Source of the DNA: Nitrospinota bacterium
GTDB lineage: Bacteria; Nitrospinota; Nitrospinia; Nitrospinales; VA-1
DNA: 21,885 nucleotides
Direction of reading: 5' to 3'
Assembly: GCA_038108555.1 (NCBI GenBank)
Contig: JAYNIA010000032.1
Location: 8,866-30,750 of the forward strand
Below the pieces are notes generated by a model that worked only from the letters and a program-made list of their open reading frames with translations, had not been told where the DNA came from and searched no databases. The position numbers and the translations under genes are program-made. This document shows positions 9,076 through 16,785 of the stretch, piece by piece; positions within the stretch are counted from its first letter, which is position 1, and every line of letters begins with the position of its first letter.

Positions 9076-10023
9076 GTGATCGAAGCCGAATTTCTATATA
9101 ACCCTGTGGATAAGGGAATGCATTGCCATTGCCCAACCTTACTGGAATGCCAGTCCGGTAATTTACTTGCCGTTTGGTATGTTTACCCTGTTGATGAATA
9201 CAAACAGGGGACTATTGCGCTTTCTAGGAAAAATATTGGGAACCTGATCTGGCAAACCACTCAAAATGTTCCGATCCCGTCGAAATTCTCTCTGGGCAAT
9301 CCAGTTCTTTTTCAGGAACCTAATGGCAAAATCCATCTCATGTATGTGGCCTTGAAAGGAACCTACTGGAATGATGCGGTTTTATATAGCATTCACTCCG
9401 AAGATGAGGGTAAAACCTGGTCGGAACCCAACCTGCTATGGAAAGAAAAAGGCATGATGGTGAGGCATCCCCCGGTATTTTTAAATAAAGGAGCCTGCCT
9501 GTTGCCCGCTTATGATGAACGAAAAAAAAGCTCCATTATCCTGTTCAGTACTCCTCCCTATTTGAATTGGGAAATCAGTTTCTGTTTTGAGGGAACGGAT
9601 ATCATTCAATCCGTTCTTTTAAAATTAAATGACAACCGTTTGATGATGTTTTTTCGACCTCACTCAGACCCAAGGTATATCTGGAAAAGCCTTTCCCTCG
9701 ATAAAGGGTTGTCCTGGTCCAAACCTGAAATGACCCCCTTGCCGAATCCTCTATCCGGCATTTCTGCAATCTCGGTAAAAAATAAAATCGCCATGATATA
9801 CAACCATACGGAGGAACATAGAAGATATCCTCTGAGCGTTTCAACCAGCAAGGACGAAGGAAAAAATTGGGATAAACATTGGGACCTGAATAATGTAAAA
9901 GCCGAAGTTTCTTATCCCAGTTTCATTTCAGGAAAAAACAATCTTATTCACGGTGTCTATACTTACAACCGGCGGATGATAAAATATGTTTGCTTTGAGC
10001 AGAAAAGGTTTTTTGAAAGATGA
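9076..10023 (+). CDS. Sialidase-fold (BNR/Asp-box repeat) beta-propeller protein
   Basis: Asp-boxes SEDEGKTW, SLDKGLSW and SKDEGKNW; GNPVLF; PLPNPLSGI; RRYPL; C-terminal EVSYPS and HGVYTYNR..IKYV. No FRIP motif and no signal peptide. GTG start. Confidence 0.85.
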   Translation: MIEAEFLYNPVDKGMHCHCPTLLECQSGNLLAVWYVYPVDEYKQGTIALSRKNIGNLIWQTTQNVPIPSKFSLGNPVLFQEPNGKIHLMYVALKGTYWNDAVLYSIHSEDEGKTWSEPNLLWKEKGMMVRHPPVFLNKGACLLPAYDERKKSSIILFSTPPYLNWEISFCFEGTDIIQSVLLKLNDNRLMMFFRPHSDPRYIWKSLSLDKGLSWSKPEMTPLPNPLSGISAISVKNKIAMIYNHTEEHRRYPLSVSTSKDEGKNWDKHWDLNNVKAEVSYPSFISGKNNLIHGVYTYNRRMIKYVCFEQKRFFER

Positions 10024-10622
10024 GTCCGATCTCCACTTATAAAAACTTACACGCAGGTAAAAACCTTTTTATCCTTGCGTCAGGCCCGTCTTTGGCAAAG
10101 CAGGACCTCTCATTATTAAAAAACAAAATGGTGATGGGACTGAACCGGTCAATCCTGATCTATCCCGCCCCCTATTACCACTGTGTTTTTGACCAGCGTC
10201 TATTCGATCTTTATCCCGAACAATTAAAAAAAGCCCGGCAGATTTTCACTCTCGAAGACCGCCCGTTGGGCCTGCCTCTAAAACTACTTGGCGGCGAGGG
10301 ATTTAGCTGGGATCTCGAAGAAGGAATTTACTCCGGCTACACCATTTCTTACTTCGCTCTGCAGGTGGCCGTGTATATGGGTTTTTCTAAAATATTTTTT
10401 CTGGGGTTGGACCTGAAACACGAAGGACCGCAAACGCATTTTTTTGGACAAGACCCACAAACCATCAACCACGAAACAACCGAATTTCCACGAATGCTAA
10501 AAATGCTGGGTTATGGTGCCAACGTTCTGACAGAATCCAATGTAGAAGTTTACAATTGCAGCCCAGACACAACACTGGAAGCCTTTAAAAAAATGGAATA
10601 TTCTGATGCAGTGGCCCTTTAA
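10020..10622 (+). CDS. DUF115 / Maf-like (sialyltransferase-like Rossmann) domain protein
   Basis: FILASGPSL, GLNR, ALQVAVYMGFSKIFFLGLDL, THFFG and VYNCS motifs. ATGA overlap with the upstream gene. Confidence 0.78.
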   Translation: MSPISTYKNLHAGKNLFILASGPSLAKQDLSLLKNKMVMGLNRSILIYPAPYYHCVFDQRLFDLYPEQLKKARQIFTLEDRPLGLPLKLLGGEGFSWDLEEGIYSGYTISYFALQVAVYMGFSKIFFLGLDLKHEGPQTHFFGQDPQTINHETTEFPRMLKMLGYGANVLTESNVEVYNCSPDTTLEAFKKMEYSDAVAL

Positions 10623-10822
10623 CAGTGGCTCAAAATCCCAAAAAAATAATTCCACCCGTTACACCTAAGGCCAGAAATCATCGCACAAAAGCTTAAACCC
10701 GGTTAAAAAATAGAGATGTGGATTTTCTTTTTTCCTTAATCTTCTCAAAATTTTAAACTTCTATATTAAATTCTTTTAACTCTTTTTCCCGTCGATTTTT
10801 CGTTTTTTCCCAAAACTCAATG

Positions 10823-10851
10823 CTAAAGGTCTCGTGGATTTCTGCCGAAAG
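10823..10851 (+). promoter_or_regulatory. Sigma28 (FliA/SigD)-like promoter of the PilZ gene
   Basis: CTAAAGGTC-N12-GCCGAAAG (TAAA-N16-GCCGA), 42 nt before the ATG. Confidence 0.62.
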
Positions 10852-10893
10852 TTAATTTGAAAATTGACTTTTTGTTGAAAGGAAGATCCATCT

Positions 10894-11427
10894 ATGCTGT
10901 GCGAACACGACCGGGAAACCTCGTTAAAATCAGTTTACACCCCTATTGAAAACTGGCTTAAAAAGCTGTTTCGCATCAAACCTGCCGCACCGGAAAAAAC
11001 CGATGCCGACAGGCGGGATTTTTTCAGACTCTCCCATGAGGAACTTCAGCCTTTGGATCTTTGTCTCACCATGCAGGATGAGCAGGTTTTCTGCACTACC
11101 ATTGAGGATTTAAGCGCTAGCGGATTCAGTTGCAGGTTAACCGAGTCAGGTACCATTCAATGCGGCGAACCCATGTCTGCCCTGTTTGTGCTGGCACTGG
11201 AAGAACCCATAATTATCCGCACCGAGGTCTTTTTGGTTTCCATTGAAGGCAATCGGGATGAAAGACTATTCCGTTTCCGGTTCTTTGATGAAATGAAGGA
11301 TGATGATCGCGAGTTGATTCATCGTTACATCGTACAGAAACAATTTGAGCTCCTGCAAAACAAGAATCAGGAAAACTGGCATGAAGAAGATGATGAAGAT
11401 CACCCGGAATCCTCAACTGGAGATTAA
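10894..11427 (+). CDS. PilZ domain protein (putative c-di-GMP receptor)
   Basis: RRDFFR (RxxxR) and DLSASG (D/NxSxxG) motifs, a C-terminal 'RELIHRYIVQKQ' helix, and an AAAGGAAG RBS. Confidence 0.87.
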   Translation: MLCEHDRETSLKSVYTPIENWLKKLFRIKPAAPEKTDADRRDFFRLSHEELQPLDLCLTMQDEQVFCTTIEDLSASGFSCRLTESGTIQCGEPMSALFVLALEEPIIIRTEVFLVSIEGNRDERLFRFRFFDEMKDDDRELIHRYIVQKQFELLQNKNQENWHEEDDEDHPESSTGD

Positions 11428-12363
11428 TGCTTCAACGAAACTTGTTGAATCAAACTCCTGCAAGTCCTCTGCCTTCTCCCCCACTCCAATAAAATAAACC
11501 GGAAGTTTTAATTCCCCGGAAAGGTTCAGCAGAACCCCTCCTTTGGCGGTTCCATCCAGCTTGGTCATAACTAACCCATCCAACTCCAGTGCTTCATTAA
11601 AAAGCTTCGCCTGTGAAATGCTGTTTTGTCCCAGCGTGGCATCAAGAACCAATAGAGTTTCATGAGGTGCACCGGGCAACACTTTTCCTATCACCCTTTT
11701 TACTTTTTTTAGCTCTTCCATTAAATTCTGGTTGGTCTGCAATCGTCCAGCAGTGTCTATCAGCACCACATCCATATTTCTAGCAACCGCAGCCTGTACT
11801 GCATCATAAGCGACCGCAGAAGGGTCTGCGCCACTCTTCTGGCTAATACAATTGATCCCTGCACGTTCGGCCCACACTTGTAACTGGTCAATAGCAGCCG
11901 CACGAAAAGTATCCCCCGCCGCAAGCAAAACCTTTTTTCCTTCCTGGTTCCATTTTTGTGCCAGCTTGCCGATGGTAGTAGTTTTGCCAGAACCATTAAT
12001 GCCCACCATCAAAATTACCAGGGGTTGGTTTTTATCAAACTCGATGGGCTTGGCGTTTTGTGAAAGGACTTCAACCATTCGACCCTTCAGGTGATTTAAG
12101 ACTTCTTCATTTTCCCGGATTCGATTCTGGGCAACATCCTTTTTCAAATCTTCCAGGATAAACTCCGTCGTTTCCATACCGACATCGGCGATTAGCAGGG
12201 TTTCTTCCAGCTCATCCAGCAATTCTGGCCCCACTTTGGCCTTGCCCTGAACTATATTTTCAATCCCACCTGCGAGACTGGACCGGGTCTTCTGTAGTCC
12301 CGATTTTAGGCGGGCAAAAAACCCGGTTTTAGGCCCTTTTTCCGATTGTTCCTCTTCTTCCAT
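11413..12363 (-). CDS. ftsY: Signal recognition particle receptor FtsY (NG domain, no long acidic domain)
   Basis: [37 protein letters not shown] and [10 protein letters not shown] motifs. Confidence 0.98.
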   Translation of the reverse strand: MEEEEQSEKGPKTGFFARLKSGLQKTRSSLAGGIENIVQGKAKVGPELLDELEETLLIADVGMETTEFILEDLKKDVAQNRIRENEEVLNHLKGRMVEVLSQNAKPIEFDKNQPLVILMVGINGSGKTTTIGKLAQKWNQEGKKVLLAAGDTFRAAAIDQLQVWAERAGINCISQKSGADPSAVAYDAVQAAVARNMDVVLIDTAGRLQTNQNLMEELKKVKRVIGKVLPGAPHETLLVLDATLGQNSISQAKLFNEALELDGLVMTKLDGTAKGGVLLNLSGELKLPVYFIGVGEKAEDLQEFDSTSFVEALISS

Positions 12364-12480
12364 TCAAACCTCTCATCAACTGTTTCTAATCCATTCCATG
12401 ACTTTTCGACTATACCCTTTTTATTGGGCTAAATTCCACGGAAAATCAACCGGATACATGCCCTCGAAAGCCTTTATAGG

Positions 12481-12508
12481 TAAAGTTTTATTTGATTTCG
12501 GCCGTTAT
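12481..12508 (+). promoter_or_regulatory. Sigma28 (FliA/SigD)-like promoter of the radical SAM operon
   Basis: TAAAGTTT (12481-12488)-N12-GCCGTTAT (12501-12508). This is 8/8 to the extended -35 and 7/8 to GCCGATAT, with the same spacing as the PilZ promoter. Confidence 0.65.
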
Positions 12509-12520
12509 GGCATTTAGACT
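12492..12520 (+). promoter_or_regulatory. Possible overlapping sigma70-type promoter
   Basis: TTGATT (12492-12497)-N17-TAGACT (12515-12520). Confidence 0.4.
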
Positions 12521-12638
12521 CTTTTTGCTAGAGAGCCTCCTAGTTCCGGTTCCGGAAAAAGAGCTGTTAGTAAATCCGAAAGCAAACCAGAGCCACAGGC
12601 ATTTCGGTAATCAGCCTGCTCTACGAATAAGGAAATAT

Positions 12639-14426
12639 ATGAAAATCGCCGTTTGTAATTCCGTTGGAATTGATGCCGATGGCTATGCGATGATTCACTC
12701 ACCCAGCCGTTGGACCAATAGCACCAAAGACCACAGCATATTCACTTATTATCCCTGGCAGCTCGCCTATTGCTCATCGATCCTGAAAAGGGACACCGAT
12801 CATGAGGTCAAATTCTTTGATGGCTGCCTGGAAAAATGGGATCACGATGCCTTCGTTGAGAAGGTTTCCGAATTTGGCCCCGATTATCTGATAATGGATT
12901 GCGCCACACGCACCATTGAAGCGGATAGTCGGTTTGGCAAGGAAATCAAACGCCGGTTTGGAACCAAACTGATTTTTTGCGGACCGCATCCCACAACATT
13001 CCCGGAAGAAGTCAGCGAATACGCCGACTTTGTAGTCCTTCGCGAATACGAAATGGTAGTCCTCGATATCCTGCAGGGGAAAGACCCCAAGGACATCATG
13101 GGTCTCTGGCCAAATACAAATATTCGTCCTCCTCTGGATGTAAACAATCTTCCCCTGCCGGAAGACGATGATGTATCCCGTCTCGATTACGGTATGCCAG
13201 GGGAACCTTCCAGCGAGTATCTGGAAATTCAGGCTTACGCTTCACGGGGGTGCCCCTTGTCATGCACCTTTTGCGTATGTGGAAATATCTCCTATCAGCG
13301 TCCCAACTGGCGCCCGAGAAATCCGGAAAATGTGGTTTATGAGCTGCAAACCCTGAGAGCCAAGTACCCCCAGTTGGAAGGAATTTTCTTCGATGAGGAA
13401 GTCCATAACGGAAGCAAAAAATATATTCTCGAGTTAACCAAAGCTATCCGCGAAAATGGTCTCGATGATTTGAAATATGATGTCATGTGCGGCCAATGGC
13501 CGATGGATGAAGAAGTTCTCGACAACATGAAAAGTGCCGGTTACTACATGATTCGACTTGGCATTGAAACTGCCGGAGAGCATGCAGCAAAAGGTATGGA
13601 ACTGCAAAGAAAGTTCAATGTTCCCAAGTTGAAACAACTGATGCAGCATGGGACCAATATTGGATTGAAATTTTACGGAACGTTTACCTTTGGCGGAGAA
13701 GGGTCAACCGATGAATGCGACAAGAAAACCCTCGACCTCATTCGGGAACTGCTGGACCGTGAACTGTTGTGGAGATTCCAATTGTCTATCAGCACTCCGC
13801 AGCCCGGAACTCCTTTTTTCAATCACATGAAGGAACAAGGACATCTCAAAGATGTTGATTGGAAACATTTTGATGGCGGCAACCATGTTGTAGTGGATCG
13901 CCCTGAATACCCGGCGGAAAAAATCATGGAAAATTTTCGTGAAGCTGAAAAACTTTATGAGTTGGGTTTCAACCAGCGCTACAAAAAAACCGCCCAGGAC
14001 AATTTTAAATCTGTCCAACTGAAGAATGATGGCGAAATTCTCCTCTTCCGCAGTTCAAGGATGAAGCAAATCAACGATGTGATCAATTCCTTACACAACC
14101 AGTTCAAAAAAGACGTAACCGTTATTGCACAGCCCTCGGTTGAACCGGAACTCAGGAAAAACCCGCACATCAACGAAGTCCTGCTCTATGGAGATAGCCA
14201 TTTCAATCAAAAAACTTTCCCGGATAGCATGGTCGGGAAATTGAGGAAAAAATCTTATTCTCTGGGTGTGATTCCCTTCAACAACATTTCTGGAAACGGT
14301 TATTCAGAGATTAAAGCGATTGCCAAGCAATCGGGAATTGAAAAACTGGTCGCTGTAAATATTGAAGGGAAGGTTTTTGATCTGGAAAATCCAGGTGATT
14401 ACGGACGCGCCCATATTCCAGGATAA
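12639..14426 (+). CDS. Cobalamin-binding radical SAM protein with a C-terminal GT9 N-lobe-like domain (paralog 1)
   Basis: ATG at 12639 follows a TAAGGA RBS and aligns with the start of paralog 2. B12-binding-type N-domain (YYPWQLAY, GPHPT), SRGCPLSCTFC, FFDEE, LGIET and TPQPGTP. C-terminal EILLFRSSR...LRKNPHINEVLLY...LRKKSYSLGVIP. Confidence 0.9.
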   Translation: MKIAVCNSVGIDADGYAMIHSPSRWTNSTKDHSIFTYYPWQLAYCSSILKRDTDHEVKFFDGCLEKWDHDAFVEKVSEFGPDYLIMDCATRTIEADSRFGKEIKRRFGTKLIFCGPHPTTFPEEVSEYADFVVLREYEMVVLDILQGKDPKDIMGLWPNTNIRPPLDVNNLPLPEDDDVSRLDYGMPGEPSSEYLEIQAYASRGCPLSCTFCVCGNISYQRPNWRPRNPENVVYELQTLRAKYPQLEGIFFDEEVHNGSKKYILELTKAIRENGLDDLKYDVMCGQWPMDEEVLDNMKSAGYYMIRLGIETAGEHAAKGMELQRKFNVPKLKQLMQHGTNIGLKFYGTFTFGGEGSTDECDKKTLDLIRELLDRELLWRFQLSISTPQPGTPFFNHMKEQGHLKDVDWKHFDGGNHVVVDRPEYPAEKIMENFREAEKLYELGFNQRYKKTAQDNFKSVQLKNDGEILLFRSSRMKQINDVINSLHNQFKKDVTVIAQPSVEPELRKNPHINEVLLYGDSHFNQKTFPDSMVGKLRKKSYSLGVIPFNNISGNGYSEIKAIAKQSGIEKLVAVNIEGKVFDLENPGDYGRAHIPG

Positions 14427-14429
14427 AAA

Positions 14430-15032
14430 ATGACGGAAAATAATCGAGCAAAAAAAATATTAGTCATCCGTTCCGCAACACGGATTCTCAATCAAACCCT
14501 GGTTTCTTTAAAGGAAGAATTCCCCGGATGCCAGATCACCGTCCTCGGACCTCAATCGGCAAAGGAGTCGATGCTTCAAGATCCACAGATCGATGAAGTG
14601 TTGACCATTCCAGATCAACGGCGGATGAGCGTGGCAAGCTACGGCAATGAAAACATACGCCGGATTCAGGAAATGAAGTTTGATCTCGCGGTCGCTCTCT
14701 ATAATATCGACCACGGCCTGGGCTATTCCAATATTGACAAGCTGGCTTGTGCTGCCAAAGCTAAATGCACCAGGGGCTACAATTCCCGGGGAACTTTTGT
14801 GGAAGTAACCTCATCTACAACAAGAAAAAAATCAATCTTGGAAAAAACAACCTTCTTCTGGGTCTCTGCAAACTATATGGCAACCATCGCGCTTTTCTTT
14901 ATTATTACCTTCGCGTTGACCGGAGAATGGTTCTTACGTTTGTTCTTCGGGAAAAAAGGCGACGCCAAAGTTTCCGATGCCATTCCTGCAACCTCCCCCA
15001 CTGTTCGCGAGCCAGCCAAGGCACAGGTCTAA
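14430..15032 (+). CDS. Stand-alone GT9 N-lobe-like protein with a C-terminal membrane anchor
   Basis: KKILVIRS...LKEEFPGCQITVL...DPQIDEVL...MKFDLAVAL resembles the first Rossmann lobe of heptosyltransferases. There is no second lobe. Hydrophobic segment FFWVSANYMATIALFFIITFAL. Confidence 0.72.
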   Translation: MTENNRAKKILVIRSATRILNQTLVSLKEEFPGCQITVLGPQSAKESMLQDPQIDEVLTIPDQRRMSVASYGNENIRRIQEMKFDLAVALYNIDHGLGYSNIDKLACAAKAKCTRGYNSRGTFVEVTSSTTRKKSILEKTTFFWVSANYMATIALFFIITFALTGEWFLRLFFGKKGDAKVSDAIPATSPTVREPAKAQV

Positions 15033-15036
15033 CCCC

Positions 15037-16785
15037 ATGGATATCCTTATCGCCAATTCGGTAGGGGTCGATCGTGATGGCTACCATATGGTACACGTCC
15101 CCTCCCGTTGGTCTCTCGGGGTAAAGAACTTCACGAATTGCGGCTACTATCCGTGGCAATTGGCTTATACCTCCTCGCTTCTCAAACGAGACACTCCCTA
15201 CAACATTAAGTTTCTGGATGGTGTCCTGAACGGATGGGATGTAGAAACTTATTTACAGCATGCGGGGCAACCCGATTGGCTGGTCATGGAAAGCTCCACC
15301 CGAACCATTCGTGAAGACCTGCGTTTTGCAGCAACTCTCAAAGAAAATTTTGGAACCCGGCTGATTTTCACCGGACAACACCCCATGGCACATCCAGAAG
15401 AGGTTTTGAAAACAGCGGACCACGTGTGCATTGGCGAATACGAATTTGCTGTGCTTGATCTGGTTTTGGGAAAAGATCCCAAAAAAATTGCCGGGGTCTA
15501 TCCCAATGAAAGAGGCGGCTTAATTGATATCAATCGACTCCCTTTTCCGGAGGATGATGACGTTCGGCGTATCGATTACCACGAACCTAATTGCCGATAC
15601 AAACAAATCCAAATGTACGGATCGCGAGGCTGTCCCCGCCGTTGTAATTTTTGCGCAGCGGCAACACTTTATTATGACGAGTTAAATTGGCGTCCCCGAA
15701 ATGTTGAAAATGTCGTTGAAGAAATTCGGACCCTTCATCAAAAGTATCCTGAGATGGAAGGCGTATTTTTTGATGAAGAAGTCCACAACATCAAAAAAAG
15801 TTTCAACATTTCCCTGGCCAAAGCCATCCGCCAGGCAGGGCTTCAGGATTTAAAATATGAAGCCATGTGCGAATATGCATCTCTTGACGAAGAAGCCATG
15901 GAGGAAATGCGAAAAGCGGGATATTACAAAATCCGCTTTGGCATCGAAACCGGAAGTGACCATGTCGCCGAAAAAATGACGCTTGGAAAAAAACACGACC
16001 TGAACAAGTTAAAAGCAATGGTCGAATTCGGAAAAAGCATTGGCATGCTTTTTTACGGAACCATCAGCGTTGGCGGATTGGGATCGAGCAAGGATGAAGA
16101 TCAGAAAACCGTCGACCTGGTTTACGACCTCGCAGCTAAAGGCTGGCTGGATGAAATCCAGGTTTCCATCAATACGCCACAACCCGGAACAGACTTTTAC
16201 AATTCCTGCATCGAGGAATCATCCATCCTACCCTCCAATGACTGGGAAGGTTTCGATGGCAATGGACATGTGGTGGTCAATTACCCCCATTATCCGGCAG
16301 AAGAAATTCAAAACAGTTTCAGGAATGCACTCAACGCATTTGACTTGGGAAAAGGAAAAGCGCAAGCCAAAACCTTTGCAGAAAACACCAATGCTTCATC
16401 CATTCCTGCCGGCTCAAAAATTCTTATTCTAAGATGCGTAAGAAGCTGGATGATGCAACTGCTTCTGGAAAATCTCCACCCAAACAATAAGGCGGATGTT
16501 CTGGGACAGGATGTTTCTCTGGACGACTTAAAAGAAATTTCCGGACTAGGAAATTTTTACTCCTATGGCAGCGGGTTCTTCGCCACCGAATCGATTTCTT
16601 CTGATTTACTAAATGAACTGAGGGGAAAAAGATATGACCTCGTCCTCATACCCGTTGCCAACAACCACCTTGAAGGATTCCAGAATGTTCTTGAGGTCGC
16701 ACAATTGATCGAACCCGAGAACATCAGTTACGTGTACCCCGAAGGACATATTAAACCCGCCGAAGATTCCCCGGTCAGTATTTAA
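15037..16785 (+). CDS. Cobalamin-binding radical SAM protein with a C-terminal GT9 N-lobe-like domain (paralog 2)
   Basis: ATG at 15037, 4 nt after the previous stop. Motifs YYPWQLAY, GQHP, SRGCPRRCNFC, FFDEEVHN, FGIETG and TPQPGT. C-terminal KILILRCVR...LRGKRYDLVLIP. Confidence 0.9.
   Translation: MDILIANSVGVDRDGYHMVHVPSRWSLGVKNFTNCGYYPWQLAYTSSLLKRDTPYNIKFLDGVLNGWDVETYLQHAGQPDWLVMESSTRTIREDLRFAATLKENFGTRLIFTGQHPMAHPEEVLKTADHVCIGEYEFAVLDLVLGKDPKKIAGVYPNERGGLIDINRLPFPEDDDVRRIDYHEPNCRYKQIQMYGSRGCPRRCNFCAAATLYYDELNWRPRNVENVVEEIRTLHQKYPEMEGVFFDEEVHNIKKSFNISLAKAIRQAGLQDLKYEAMCEYASLDEEAMEEMRKAGYYKIRFGIETGSDHVAEKMTLGKKHDLNKLKAMVEFGKSIGMLFYGTISVGGLGSSKDEDQKTVDLVYDLAAKGWLDEIQVSINTPQPGTDFYNSCIEESSILPSNDWEGFDGNGHVVVNYPHYPAEEIQNSFRNALNAFDLGKGKAQAKTFAENTNASSIPAGSKILILRCVRSWMMQLLLENLHPNNKADVLGQDVSLDDLKEISGLGNFYSYGSGFFATESISSDLLNELRGKRYDLVLIPVANNHLEGFQNVLEVAQLIEPENISYVYPEGHIKPAEDSPVSI

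Noticed and set aside
9067..9092. TAAA-N14-GCCGAATT, a third sigma28-like match
   Set aside because: It overlaps the likely GTG start and coding sequence, and its spacing differs from the other two sites.
8897..9136. 79-aa minus-strand ORF (MEAPGGLEPPIEILQTSALPLGDGA...)
   Set aside because: It is the reverse-complement translation of tRNA-Cys, a classic spurious ORF.
8991..10656. 9-bp direct repeat AATTCCACC (8991-8999 and 10648-10656) flanking the sialidase/DUF115 pair, suggesting a tRNA-integrated islet
   Set aside because: Short enough to arise by chance in AT-rich spacers. It is not a copy of the tRNA 3' end, and no integrase or transposase is present.
12430..12457. TAAA-N16-CCGGATAC upstream of the main sigma28-like site
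   Set aside because: Poor -10 match (lacks GCCG); not supportable on its own.
12570..12625. Cobalamin or c-di-GMP-I riboswitch in the radical SAM leader (GCAAACC, GAGCCACAGG...CAGCCTG fragments)
   Set aside because: No B12 box or AGGGAA/CCCGCAACUG elements. The c-di-GMP-I P2 GNRA hairpin order and tetraloop receptor are absent.
12492..12638. 49-codon N-terminal extension of rSAM-1 from TTG 12492 (and the 20-codon extension of rSAM-2 from 14977)
   Set aside because: The two paralogues align from MKIAVCNSVG / MDILIANSVG. ATG 12639 has a good RBS, and the extensions overlap promoter elements or the upstream gene.
14430..15032. Truncated heptosyltransferase pseudogene
   Set aside because: The same half-domain occurs in both neighbours, and the ORF is intact with a TM anchor and tight operon spacing. 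No frameshifted second lobe follows.
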